Shown: positions 12,031 to 24,930 of the stretch, in pieces
How positions within the stretch are numbered: the stretch's first letter is position 1
How the letters are laid out: every line of letters begins with the position of its first letter
Source: Bugula neritina
Lineage: Eukaryota > Animalia > Bryozoa
NCBI GenBank assembly: GCA_964035545.1
Contig: OZ037768.1
Coordinates: forward strand, 1,768,741-1,832,740
DNA: 64,000 nucleotides
Reading direction: 5' to 3'
The notes under the pieces: model-generated
What the model was told of the DNA's origin: nothing
The model's database searches: none
The model's input: only the letters and a program-made list of their open reading frames with translations
Made by a program: the position numbers and the translations under genes

Positions 12031-15000
12031 TATATTATATAATATATAACATGTATGCAATATAATATATTATATAAAACAAATCCACATGAGATTTTAT
12101 AGTCACCAGTACTGTGAGAAACCGTGATGGTAATGTTTTTGGGCTAAAGACTTGTTTCTAGTGTGGTTCAGGTGCAACTGGATTCCCTTCCTAACATCAC
12201 CACTGGTGTTTTTAAGTTCCTTTCACATAAACTACTATCTACTGATATTTGATATATAATATATAGCCAGTTGTCATGTAGTATTACACAGCACACACCT
12301 ATAAAGGAATGTCAATAACAATATTAACATATTTGTAATATAATTCCATCTATTTACACTAATTATACATTATTTGTTACATGTCATGTTTTAAATGTAG
12401 CAGATTATTCTACTCTTGAACAAGTCATAATGCATTCTTATATTAGTATGAGTTAAAGTACATTTACTCCCCACTGCCGGTAGTGCTAATTGATCTCTGT
12501 TGTATGATCTTTGCAAAATGGCATAAAATTTAGAAAACTGAGGAATAGTATAGCAAAAATATATAATAGATAGCAAATAGTTTGACAAGAAATGTTTTGT
12601 TGATGCCAAATGTCAAATGCAATCATATCAAGATTATTTAAGCCAGTGTCAGCAAAGCCTGGATCTTTTATATAGAAAGAAACATTTCTTTTGCTAATAA
12701 TAAAATTTATCTTTCAACTCCCTAAACTGAGGACATGTCTATACAACAAGTCCACCAGATTCAGCAGTTGTGTCCTCTTTATAACTTATAACTTGTAAAC
12801 TGCTAAACGTCTTCCTATAAATTTTTGTTTCCAAATAATACAAATTTTATAAATTGTATTCTTTCTAATAGACAATGACACCAAAAAAGCTGCATATTCC
12901 GAATCGGAAAATGAAATGAAGTCAAGAGAAGACAACTTGAGAAGTAAGAAACATCGGAGAAATAGAACCACTTTTACCACATACCAATTGCATGAGTTGG
13001 AGAGGTGAGTAGTAAGCATAGTGCTTTTAGAAAAGTGAGTAGTAAGCATGGTGCTTATACAGAGCTGAGTAGTAAGCATGGTGCTTATACAGAGCTGAGT
13101 AGTAAGCATAATGCTTATAGAGAGGTGAGTAGTAAGCATGATGCTTATAGAGAGATGAGTAGTAAGCATAATGCTTATAGAGAGGTGAGTAGTAAGCATG
13201 ATGCTTATAGAGAGGTGAGTAGTAAGCATGATGCTTATAGAGAAGTGAGTAGTAAGCATGATGCTTATAGAGAGGTGAGTAGTAAGCATGATGCTTATAG
13301 AGAGGTGAGTAGTAAGCATGATGCTTATAGAGAGGTGAGTAGTAAGCATGATGCTGTTATAGAGAGGTGAGTAGTAAGCATGATGCTTATAGAGAGGTGA
13401 GTAGTAAGCATGATGCTGTTATAGAGAGGTGAGTAGTAAGCATGATGCTATTAGGGTTCAAGCCATTACCATACACGCATGTAGCGTAGTGGCAATTGCC
13501 AAATACTACTTTCACAATAAATCAGAACTATTGAAAATAAAACTCTTGCAATGGTAAAAGACTATTCACTAATACTACTGTATCAAAAAGGTTAAATAAT
13601 TCAATCGGTTTTTATTTACCATTAAAAATTTGTGTACTAAATTTTCTGTTTTTTTTTCAGTTCATGTTGCTGCTATCAAATGCTTCCATCAAGTATTAAA
13701 AATTATTGCATAACAGAGGGCAGCAACAAACTTACTAATAAACACATGAATTAACACATAATGTACCAGCAGCTTACATAACATCCTTCAAATTTTCTGA
13801 CAATTAATTCTTTACAAGTATTATGACAAGAGCTTTATTATTGTCCTTATATTTCCTGTATAAATATGATTATTCAATATGGGACATTGTTTTCAGAGCA
13901 TTTGACAACAGTCATTATCCCGATGTGTACAGCAGAGAAGAAATAGCAGTGAAAGTTGATCTACCAGAAGTTCGAGTTCAAGTGAGTGAATTTACCATAT
14001 TAACTTTGCATTTAATGTTTAATACTTTACCGTGTACCTTAGTGATATCGCAGGGAGCATAAATCCTAATAAAAAATATAAATTATCTTCTTGCAGAAAA
14101 GCTAAATAATGACTATTTGCAAGAAATATGATTTAGTATTTCTATATTTGTTAATTTTACTGGCGTATTACAAAAGTTTTAATACAAGTAAAGTTATAAG
14201 AAAGCCACAGTTGTATTACAATCTGAATTATTTTAAGCAATTTCAAAATTCTCCCGATATTATATAAAAAGAAATAAAGTTTGAGTGTTGAATCTATAAC
14301 TTAATCTCTAATTTAGTTAAAGTTCCAAATCTCACTACATATTCCTCGTGTCACATAATGACACGAATCACCTTTTCCTGGACTTTATATATAATAATAC
14401 AATTATTATATATTAATAGTTTGATATTCTATGAGTGTTGAGCATAAATGTGAACAAAGTTTCATTCTATTAAACGCAAGCAGCCTGACATCAATTGAAT
14501 TAGGAGTAAACAGTATAAATATAGCATGCTAGCTGTGGAGTAATTCATACACACCCCAACATCTTATTTAAGACTATAAAGAGATAATTACAGGCTTAAA
14601 GCTTTAATAAACACAAGCAAAGGTATTTTCAGGTATTATATTTAAACATGAAAGTTCAACGTAAAAGTGTGCTAGCAATTACAATAAATAAAATTATAAA
14701 TTTACCCACGATTCTTAGCATAGAATGATTGGATAATTATAGCTAATTATTGCAGCATTGTCACACAACAGCCAATAAAAGCATCTTCAAAGCTGAGTGC
14801 ACTGTATCTATGTATAACTAGGTATATAATTGTGGCTGTACACTACATACTTCTGATATAAATTACCATGAATTGATTTGCTTGTAATTTTCGAATTTGC
14901 TTCTAGTTATAATAGCTAATTGAGAATGTAAAGCAACATGCAGTGACCAATTGCCAACTGTGGGAAAGTTATTGTATTATGTTCTTATAATATAATTAGC

Positions 15001-16682
15001 TTCACAAAGATATAATTGTTGAAGAGCCTGGGGGTATTATCACCACCATTCCTAATACAACCAGTTATAGATTTTAATCATAACCAATAAACAGAAAATT
15101 AATTGTTTAATATAAATATTTCACTAAAGTTGCACTAGAATCTAGCTAATCATTTTAGCATGCTGATATAGCAATTATAACGCCTAATTAAAATTTTAAA
15201 TTAATAATTTGGTCAATTGATGAAGCTGCTCACTTGTAGATCTATATAAAATTGCTAAGTTTGTGTTTTAATAATGAACTAACTTAAACCAGAACATGAG
15301 CTAGAATAAGCGATAACTTGGAGAATAATTGTTGCAGCTGTTTTGATTATCCAAAGAATTCCCTAGGTTAACGCACTTTTGCGGACTGAGCCAATGAAAG
15401 TAGGTCATTTTATAAGATATGATGAAGGAAATATCATAATACGTTGCTATAATAATGCTGTAAGGCAAAATGATGTAATTATTTTACAATTTGGAGTCAT
15501 CTTTTCAGACTTTTATGGAAAAAACATTAGTTTATTGTCAGTTGACGTCACTTAGAGATAACTTTTTGCTTATCAGAAATTGGATACTTTTTTATAGCTG
15601 AAAATTTTAAATTAAACTAGTCTGCATGTACGTAGAGCTAGCAATGCTATAGCACTACTCATTGGTCACAAGCCTGTAACTATTCCAATTTATTTTTAAT
15701 TTGTATTTCATTTGTATTTCACATACTAATAAGTTGTAATATATTTTTTGTATTTAAAATTAATATTGACAAAATAATACCAATAGGTTTATAAATGTAG
15801 CAAAACATTGTTTCTCAATCTAATAAACTCACCTATGTGTTTATAGTCACCATTCGTGTGAGAGCCCCTGATAGATAAGGTTTTTAAGCTGGCTGAGAAC
15901 TTTTTCTATTGTGACAGGCAAGCAATTAGGACTGAATGCCTTTCCTAACATCAGTGGGTAATGGTCTTTGGTCAGATTCAAACCATTGAGCCTGCGTTTA
16001 CTAGGCCAGGACTCTAACCAGTAGACTACTGCTGCTTCCTAGATCTTTATTCTAAAACAAACAATATTGCTAATTTGTCTTAGAATAAGCTGCCATCTAA
16101 AACAGAAAGTCTCATGGCACTAGCATGATTGAAGCCTCCACTACTTTATTTCTTCAGTTTAACGCATCAGTATTGAGGACTGACACTCTAATGCTGAATA
16201 AACATAGTCTGCACACATTCTCTGTCCCACAGGTCTGGTTCCAGAACAGGAGAGCCAAGTGGAGGCGACAGGAGAAGATGGAGTTATCAGAGAACAACAG
16301 TGAGGAGGAGGCGTGTCTAGAAGAAAGTGTCAGCCATCTTGCTGCTGACAGATCAGCAAATGCTCTCTCCAACAACCCTTTGACCTCTAAACTTGATGAG
16401 TGGATGAGTTGCAGATTTCTATCCGGCTACCCTCTAGCCAATCATATTAGTGCTGCCACAACTTACTTGCCATCCATAAACTCTATTAACAATCTCTGTG
16501 CTGCCAACGGACAAGACACCGTTTTCTCCCAACTACCCCAAAGCAGCAGCAGCAGCAGCTGTCTAGCAACCTCAACCTTTGACTTCCTCAACAGCCAACT
16601 GGCACACAGTAGCATTCCAAACCTTGCTGCCGCTACTTGCAATTCGGCAGCATTTGGTAACAGCACTGGGAACTTTATTTAG
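11723..16682 (+). CDS. Rx: Retinal homeobox protein Rx/Rax (paired-class Q50 homeodomain)
   Basis: Exons 11723-11879 (octapeptide HSIVNLLG), 12872-13004, 13897-13981 and 16233-16682, with consistent phases (1, 2, 0). Spliced homeodomain [20 protein letters not shown]|[28 protein letters not shown]|[15 protein letters not shown] carries the Rx-type [37 protein letters not shown] and WRRQEK motifs, plus the paired-class intron between residues 46 and 47. Confidence 0.95.
11950..12028. repeat. (AT)n microsatellite
   Basis: Pure AT run in Rx intron 1. Confidence 0.95.
12102..12207 (-). mobile_element. Truncated SINE family A copy in Rx intron 1
   Basis: gtcacca..tgtgaga ... gggctaaagact ... ccttcctaacatcacca matches the copies at 3915 and 15846; the tRNA head is missing. 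Confidence 0.5.
13001..13450. repeat. 30-bp minisatellite containing the Rx exon 2 donor
   Basis: (agag|gtgagtagtaagcatgatgcttatag)n, about 15 copies; the first copy is the frame-consistent junction at 13004/13005. Confidence 0.95.
15846..16039 (-). mobile_element. tRNA-headed SINE family A copy in Rx intron 3
   Basis: Minus-strand head ggaagcagcagTAGTCTACTGGttagag...GGTTTGAATC (box A and box B), followed by the conserved core gatgttaggaaaggcattcagt. Confidence 0.65.
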
Positions 16683-19600
16683 GCTATAACTCTACTTTCT
16701 CTCATAAAATGACAGAATATGTTGCTTCAGTAAAGCATTAATGGCTTATTATTGAAAACTATATTTATTTTTGTAATTATTTGACTGGTATAAATTCTTT
16801 TGAACAATTATTAACCAATTTATAAAGAACTATTTTGAACAATTTTGTTGGTCAAATAAAACTAGGTAAAATTATGTAGAACTATGTGCTCTGCTTGCCA
16901 GCAAAACACATAATGAAATTAACACAAAATATTAGTATTAAATCATGTGTTTTACTTTACAATCATTATACACTAACTGTATATTTTTTGTAACATCAAG
17001 TTGATACTTTATCCCACATGTTTATGCACTGACTATGAAACTCTTTTAAAGTTATTAATTAACACAGACACCCAACCGAATTTTCTAGTAGAATTCTTTG
17101 AATATTTTCATCTGTTTTATTAATAAATAATTTGCACGAAACAGAAGAATGATATCAAGGTATTGCACGACTGTTGCTAAATCCTGAAAACGCGTAAACA
17201 ACTGTACATACATACGTTTAAAGCAACTTATTCACCGTATCCTTGCAGATATTCAGGGTTGCCACACAAATATTTGAATAACAATTAAAACAAATCTAAT
17301 TTTAGGATTATTGCCAATGTTATTAATTTTGATATAAAAATTCAGTATAGATAATTAATTAATAAATAATTTGCACCTGCATAATTTTGTTCCTGGACTA
17401 AATTTAGTTGCTGTTTTTCAAATAAACCGAATGTTGGTCACAAATAGCTTATGTTGTAATGCCATGCTGCCCAAATATAATAATTATTCATAATTAGTTT
17501 ATATAGTTAGGTCATAGCTTGTATGCGGGTGTTTACTTATGTTTTATTAAAAAGCTAATAAAGTAACGGCAATTGAAAGCAGAAAGTATATTTTATGTCT
17601 TAGCAACTTTATATAAACTAATAACGAAATGAACTTAATTATTAACAATGAGCTGTAAATAAAATATTTCATTGTAGATATAAGCTACTCCCATCTGTCA
17701 CATTCTAATATTATTTACTAATTCTTAAGTATAGATTAGGTATAAGTAGCAAAGCACATAACAGCAATGAAATACTGTTATTATTTGACTGCCAATTATA
17801 AGTGTTTACCTACGTTTTTAGAACCAAATCTTGGCACACGAAAATCATGGGAACCACTTGAGGTGCCTATCTGCCATTTCAAACCTGCTTCACAGCCAAT
17901 ATAATTTTAATTAACTAATGTTATACCAACAGCTATATAATGCTGAATATATAGAAGTCTATTAAACTGCTGTTCTTAGCTTTTAATGCTTGAAATGCAT
18001 AGTTTTAGTTGGTAGAATTAATTCTTACGGTGTCCCTTTCTACTGCGTGTAGCATTATAGTAAGCTGACTATAATTTATCAAATTTGTTAATGTTTTATA
18101 TCAAGAACATAATATTTCGGATTTCACTATATTATATGCTAGCATTATATATGTAATTATATAACTAAAATGTAATTTGCATTAAACGTACTGCATTTAC
18201 ACCAAAGTGATTGTACGTGTTATAACAGATATTTTGGAATAAAAAGACCCCTCTTTTTGACAACTAAATACAAGAAACTATTTGTTGAACACTGCAAAGG
18301 CTAACTCCTCCATGTAACTGTTTGCCTCAATTCAATTGTTGATTAGGATATTAATATAAACATGGGATATAAGCGTTAAGGAGGAGTCGTCGTTCAATTA
18401 GAAGATACTGACAAGTTAAGAAGCCTGTCACTGCTGACTTAGTTTTACACTTCCTCTGTTGTCAGAGATATAACAGCCCTTCAGATGGGTATTTGTATAC
18501 AGCAGTAGTGCTTTTTACTTTGGCCATCAGATTAGACGTCTGTTGACTTAGTACATAGCTAAAAAGTTTGGGAGGGTGTACTGCCACCCTTAGTGCTACT
18601 CTATAGCCTGCATAATCAGCCAATAGGATTATGTCACTTGATGAATTAATATTAAATAGAGATGTTATAGAAGCAACTGGCACGGGGCTGTCTGCTATTG
18701 AGATGAGAAATACTGGGCTGACACTTAGTGTCTACCGAAGGACACTGGAGTGGTTTGCCATGTCTATATGCAGCCATATTCGCTACAATCATACACAGTG
18801 TACATATATGTCTACTTCAATTCAATGTTGCTTATTATCGTAACCAATTTTGTTTAATTTACTGTCTATTCTGAAAACAAGAAGATAAGTTATAAAATGT
18901 TTTAAGTTAGACAGCTCTCTAGCTCTGTGTGTGAACTAGTTGTGTGTCAATAACTTGTACTAGTTATCGAGAGTTTTGTGTGAGTATAATTGCATTAAAA
19001 GGACTTTGACTAGAGAACGGAGAATAGATGCAGAAATTCATATAATTATGTCCTAATTATCATGTATGTTTTTACCAAGCCAGATATAGGAGCTGTTGGT
19101 GTGAGTCAAAAAGCTGGAAAGGCAGCCTAGGCTTGAATCGATACCAAATTAATGCTGGTTTTGTTATTCTGTCAATTTTCAAAACAATTTTCTGTTAAAA
19201 TTTCTAAAAGTGTCATTAGCTTTCTTGGCAGGAGTATTATACCATACTAATGATATTAATGCTGATTATGAAATGGCAGCTTGCATACTCAATTAATATC
19301 GTATACGGTGTATTGATTCAGCTTTGTTATGTCTATTCTCATTCACATTTAATTTATTAAAGATATTAATAACAATATAATAATTAATAATTTTTCCCTA
19401 GACAGCTCTAGCTTTCCATTAGCACAATTATTGTGTTTGAATAAAATTAATCATGGCCTAATTACCAGAATTTCTTCAGCTGTCCGCCTCAGTAGCTGGC
19501 AGCTGTTCTCAACCAACCAGAGGCGAGAAGGACACCTTACAGCAACCTACCATGTCAATTATCACACAATTATCCTAAAGTATCAGAAAAACAAAGCTAA

Positions 19601-21912
19601 ACTTGTTTGAATTAAGTTTATTTCAATAGACTGTTAAATCATACATTTATGTTGACTGATCAGGCTTTCACCAAATAGTCAGATTCTTAAATAAAAGCTG
19701 AGCTTTTCTAATACCCAGTAGCGGTGGTAGTGGAAGTGGGCATTACGTCTCAGAAAGGTGACGGATGTGCTAAGGAGGGAGGAAGTCCTGACTTACCATT
19801 TTATGGAAGAGGAAAGAAAAGCTTTGAAAATAAGTAGAAAGGACAAACCTGTACCATAACTCATTCAATAAAGCGATATTAATATTTATAATGATGATAA
19901 TATATAGAGAAATAATTTTTTTGCTACTCGGTTACATTTATCATCTACCTATGCTAGCATTAATATAATCAATGCTATTATTCCACGCCATGCTATAATG
20001 AAAATCTCAAGTAATATATTTATAATAGTGTATTATCTCATACAGCTAGGGATTACCCCAACTCAATGTCACGGAACAGACGAAGTGTTCATACCTTTCC
20101 ACAGAGTGAAAGTAAGGTCAAACCCTGGTCATGCTGATTCATGGCAAAAAAATCATCGAATCACTACTGACTATTTACTGACAATACACCATCTTGTTTA
20201 CCAGCAAAAAATATTTAATAAATAATTTCATTTTTATATAAAAAGATGGCTTCAAATCACTTTACAAATGATACAAAAGATTAGGAGACAAAATATTTAT
20301 TATTAATATGAATATTGAAATAAAAAGTTTTAGTCCTGGACAACAAAACAAACTGTTATAACAGTCAGCTAGCAATATGTGATACCATATGATATTGTAC
20401 TTACTAGAGTGTATGTCCTATCGTATTATATCATATATATCGTATTATATCATATATATATCGTATTATATTATAGACTTATATCTCATAGCTCTTACTG
20501 TACTTATACACCGTATAGTATCATACATAAATATTATATTATGTTATACCTATTATATATTATATCACTTTTATATCATATCATATCATATCATATAAAT
20601 ATGCTACCAACTGCTGAAGTATCACAGCTCATATAAAGCATCTGTATAGAATTTATTAGGCAATATGCTATTAGTTTTGAACATCCACATACAACTCAAC
20701 AGATCAACAGATCAACATATCAACACTTCAACAACTCAACATATCAACACATCAACAAGACTGCTATATATCTGTCCACCCTTCAACAAATCTTGTGTAA
20801 AACTGCAGCTTTGCATATTTATTGGAGCGAGTGTCAACGACTTTGGGTGGAAACACGCTTTGATCTCTGACATGGGGCTGCATGAGTTTTAGGAGAAAAT
20901 GTGGCAACTAAATGATAAATTCTTACAAGCAGAATAGTAAAAGATGTAGAAATGTGGCTTATGGACTAGAAGTTGCAAATCAAGTCATATGTGTGTATGG
21001 TGTAGTGAAAATGTAATGCAAATGTAGTGTAAATGTAGTGCAAATGTAGTGTAAATGGGGTGCGAATGTGAATTTTATTGAGTACAAAACATCACCACAC
21101 TATTTTCATTTCACTGTTTCTAAAACATGTTTATGAAGATATAACATATTTATATTAATAAAAAAGTAGATATCTTTTTGGGTACATGACCGAGAAATTT
21201 CAATGCATTATTTTGCAAATCGGAGTGCTATAGAAGTGAGTAATATATTTTTATAACAAGATATCTACAAATATATTATACGTGTACTAAACTCTATTGC
21301 TTTTAATTTTTGATGTAGCAAATATCAACCTTGTTTTTACTTGTTTAATACCAACTAACTTTATATTTCATTTATAGAGAGATATTGCACATTTCATTGC
21401 TAGCAATAAAGAAGTGTATTTGTCCAAACCTCAACACTTGTAAACACTCGTCACTAAACTCAGTATACAATTAAAAGTTGTTTTGTTGAGTTATTTTCAG
21501 TTCAATATTATATTTATTAATATTTAATACTGTGAGAGGAATACATATATCCATATGTACACAAACAATAGTACACCGTTCATCAGCTTTAGCACACTAC
21601 TGTATTATACACCAAATAGACATAAATAAGGATTCAACTTTAATATAATTATCCAAACTGTACAATATATATATATATAAATAATTAGGACTATGAAAGA
21701 ATATATTATTACAATTTTAATAACTTTATATCACAGAATACAAAGACTGCTACAGCATTTTCACAATAATATTTCTATGTATCACATTGTAGCGAATATA
21801 ACACTAAAACAATAATTCGGATAAGCAATGAGTTTTGTACAAATTAAAATAAATATAATTTCATAATAACTCTGTAAGGCTCTCTACTCCATAAAAGTTT
21901 TATAACATCTAC

Positions 21913-24619
21913 CTAACTGTTTTCAGAATGCTTAGCTTTCAATCTCAACATTTCCACGCTAGTTTTCTTATCATCTAAACCGGCTGTTAAAACAGAGTTT
22001 GAGAATGGAGAGCTAGAGAAGAGTGGGTGTGACAGTCCACCAAATGGCAGTTTTAGCGGAGGACTCACAGCTGGTGGTAGGTTGTAGGGAGGGGTAGCGG
22101 AGCCCCTCTGCTGCTGAGCATTTAGTAACATATTTATATGAATATATTGCTGTAGCTTGTGAACCAGGAAAGGGTCGACTGTGTTGTGTAAACTCATGGG
22201 GTTCATGGATTGCAGTAGTGGGTTGTGTAAAGCTTGTGAGGGCAGGTCATTCATGAGACTGGGTGGAGGTAACAATGAGGAAGGACTGTCACAGCTAGAA
22301 TTCTTTTCCCTCTTTCTCCATTTCGCTCTTCGATTTTGAAACCAAACCTACAGAAAGAAAGGTAGAAGTATAAAGCTAATAAATAGTAGACACGTCGTAC
22401 AGAGAAGCAAAATAACCCAATATAGCTGGAGGCATGAAGATTGATGACAGAGATAAATTATCTTTTAATACAATAGATAAAAAGGGTATAGAGCTAATTA
22501 ACTGTTGTATTTTAGAACAAAACACTTGTCATCAAATTATTATAACTAATTACACCACTGCAAATTGCCAGTCTTTACCTCTCTTACTAGATGCTCCCAA
22601 TACAATTGGAAGTCCTCGGGCAATGCTATAGCAATCAACGCTAGGCATTGAAACATTTCATTAAAACTAGTTTGTAAATATAATGCAAATATCTTTTGTA
22701 ATTATATTACATTATTTTGCCAAAAGGAACAGCCAAACTTTGCTGTCTGTATTGATTGCAATGATTAATATAATTAATTTTGAAATGTATTTTTGGAAAG
22801 TTGCTGTAGAATTCGCTTATAATTTCTATTTTTAGATTGGTACACACCTGCACACGAGCTTCTCCCAGCCCCAAACTCTGACCCAATTCTTCCCGTGTAA
22901 ACACGTCAGGATACTGAGTTTTCTCAAATGAATGCTCTAAGTGATGTAGTTGATACGTTGTAAATGTGGTTCGACTTCGTCTGCTTTTTCTTGGCTTGTC
23001 TTTCTTGAGAGATTCATCATCGGTTACTGACTCTACATCAGAGCCCTGAGGTGTGGAATCTTTCACCATATTGTCTTTATCACTCTCTTCATCTGAAACA
23101 AACAATCCGCAGTCCAATTACACTATAATACTGGATTATTGCCTCGTAGCGGCAATGAAAGGAATTTTATATATAAAATAATTAGGGCGAGGTTTTAATA
23201 GTTTTATCGGTTGTCAATCCGATTGTGTGATGAGTCACCCTAACAAATTAATATGACTCACTGCTATCATTATTAACAACTGCAGCTTACTAGTGGTTTC
23301 TGAGGAATGTCTGCCCAATGAGATTACTTAACCAAGTTTAATTCGTCTGCATTACGGAAGAAAGGATAACCAACTTTAAAAGATAATCCTATTAATATAG
23401 TCAAAGGTTCAGCGTCTGTCTAAACCTCTAAATAATGCACACATTTTTTGCCACCAAGTATTAGCATCAACAGCTCAAGCCTTAGTCATAAGAAAAAACA
23501 ATATTTAAAATTGGCTTATATTTATTCAGCTAATTGCCTAAATATTCCTCAATGAGATTATTACACTCCATTACACACAATATTAAACAAAGGGAGTAAT
23601 TATCACCGTAATACTTTCTCTACTATGACTGATGCTTTGCATAGTTAGAATTGATAAGCAAACAAATTTCTATGCATCTTTTGTCCCCCCTAATTACCAA
23701 GAATGTGAGAATATATAATTTTTTGTGAAGGCCATGAATGGGAGAGAGGGAAAGGCATTGTCGTATAGAAGGAAGGGGTCTGAGAGTAATAATGAGAAAC
23801 TAGTGGGGGTGGCGACAAATAAATTGATCTTCTCTCTGTTTGCAATAAAATCTGTTAGCCTTTTCGGTGGATCAAAAACTATCTATAGAGAGATAATCCT
23901 GACTAAGAGGCCCTGGCAATCGATAGTTGACAATATTGCATAAGGACATGTAAACACGCAGGGTGTTTGCTAAACATATCTTCCTTACAAAACAGTCATA
24001 AAAATAGCATTTAACAAGAAACAATAACAAAAGCAACTTGGCTTTCTTAAGAAAGATTATCAGCTTTTCCCAAAATTGTGTTTTCAAAAAACAGGTTTTG
24101 TAGCAAGCTAGAAGTTGCAAAGTTTTAAAAAGACCAAATTTCGACCCCCAGGCTCTAATATAATTTAAATAGAAATATGTTATAAAATGACTAAATATAT
24201 TCTAGTAGATCAACTGATAAAAATCTAGAGATGTAGGCTTGCAGTAAGACACCCAAGCATATATTCTAACTATATAAATTAGATTTATTTTTACCGTCTT
24301 AGAAATAATATATAAGTACACAATATTTTAGAATGTAGATTACGAGCAAATTATTAAAAAGTTCTGTCAACTTCAAACTTTGATAAGAATTTTCATGTAG
24401 AAGCCAGTTTGTTACTAGTTTTTAAAAAATATCTACACCAAGATAAATAGCTCAGGACCAAAAGCAGGAAAAAACACAGAAAAAAAATTCTACATTAAAA
24501 AAACAAAACTTACCAGAATGTTCATATAAACTGTGAGCTTTTGGTGCTGGACCCTGAATTGGCAGAGGTTCCGTTGGTTTGCTGTCTTTACCGAGAATAC
24601 TGTCTATATTAAAAGCCAT
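21913..24619 (-). CDS. hbn: Homeobrain (paired-class Q50 homeodomain with eh1/octapeptide and C-terminal OAR motif), about 261 aa
   Basis: Minus-strand exons 24619-24514 ([10 protein letters not shown], eh1-like), 23092-22848 ([49 protein letters not shown]) and 22347-21913 ([15 protein letters not shown]...[13 protein letters not shown]). [22 protein letters not shown] and WRKREK are the Homeobrain pattern; the OAR motif is at the C-terminus. Confidence 0.9.
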
Positions 24620-24804
24620 TGGTGAGCACTGAATGATATTATCATTAAAGGAAGAAATTTCAGTTTCACTAAGCAAGTTGAAGGTTCGTACTGCAAGGTT
24701 TGACTGGTACTGGTCGAATGTGGAGGACAGATGTGCGGTAGGTCTTGTTATAATTGCCTGTGTTACACATACGCGCTCTCCTGTGACAATGATCAGCTAT
24801 TAAA

Positions 24805-24930
24805 GATAGATTTAATGCAATTATATAGTTAACACTCAACCACTGGTCGACTATTGTCACCATTCTAAGGGAATATTTGACATAATCAAATCTCTGGTCA
24901 ACTCGTTAAACGCAAGCATTTGATTGGCTG
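24805..24930 (-). promoter_or_regulatory. Putative hbn proximal promoter: TATA-like box, P3 homeodomain palindrome, CCAAT box
   Basis: Minus-strand TATATAA at about 24821-24827 overlaps TAATGCAATTA (24813-24823, a TAAT-N3-ATTA site). ATTGG (CCAAT on the minus strand) lies at about 24923-24927. These sit 200-300 nt upstream of the ATG at 24619. Confidence 0.35.

Noticed and set aside
12786-13370. 187-aa and 121-aa repeat ORFs ([10 protein letters not shown] / [10 protein letters not shown])
   Set aside because: They are translations of the 30-bp intronic satellite; the Rx reading frame splices around it.
18462-20892. Short ORFs between Rx and hbn
   Set aside because: No recognisable domains and no consistent splice chain; several are low-complexity AT tracts.
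21913-24619. Calling this gene aristaless/Arx or a second Rx
   Set aside because: RRSRTTFTT with [11 protein letters not shown] fits Homeobrain; Arx has RRYRTTF and KTHYPDVF.
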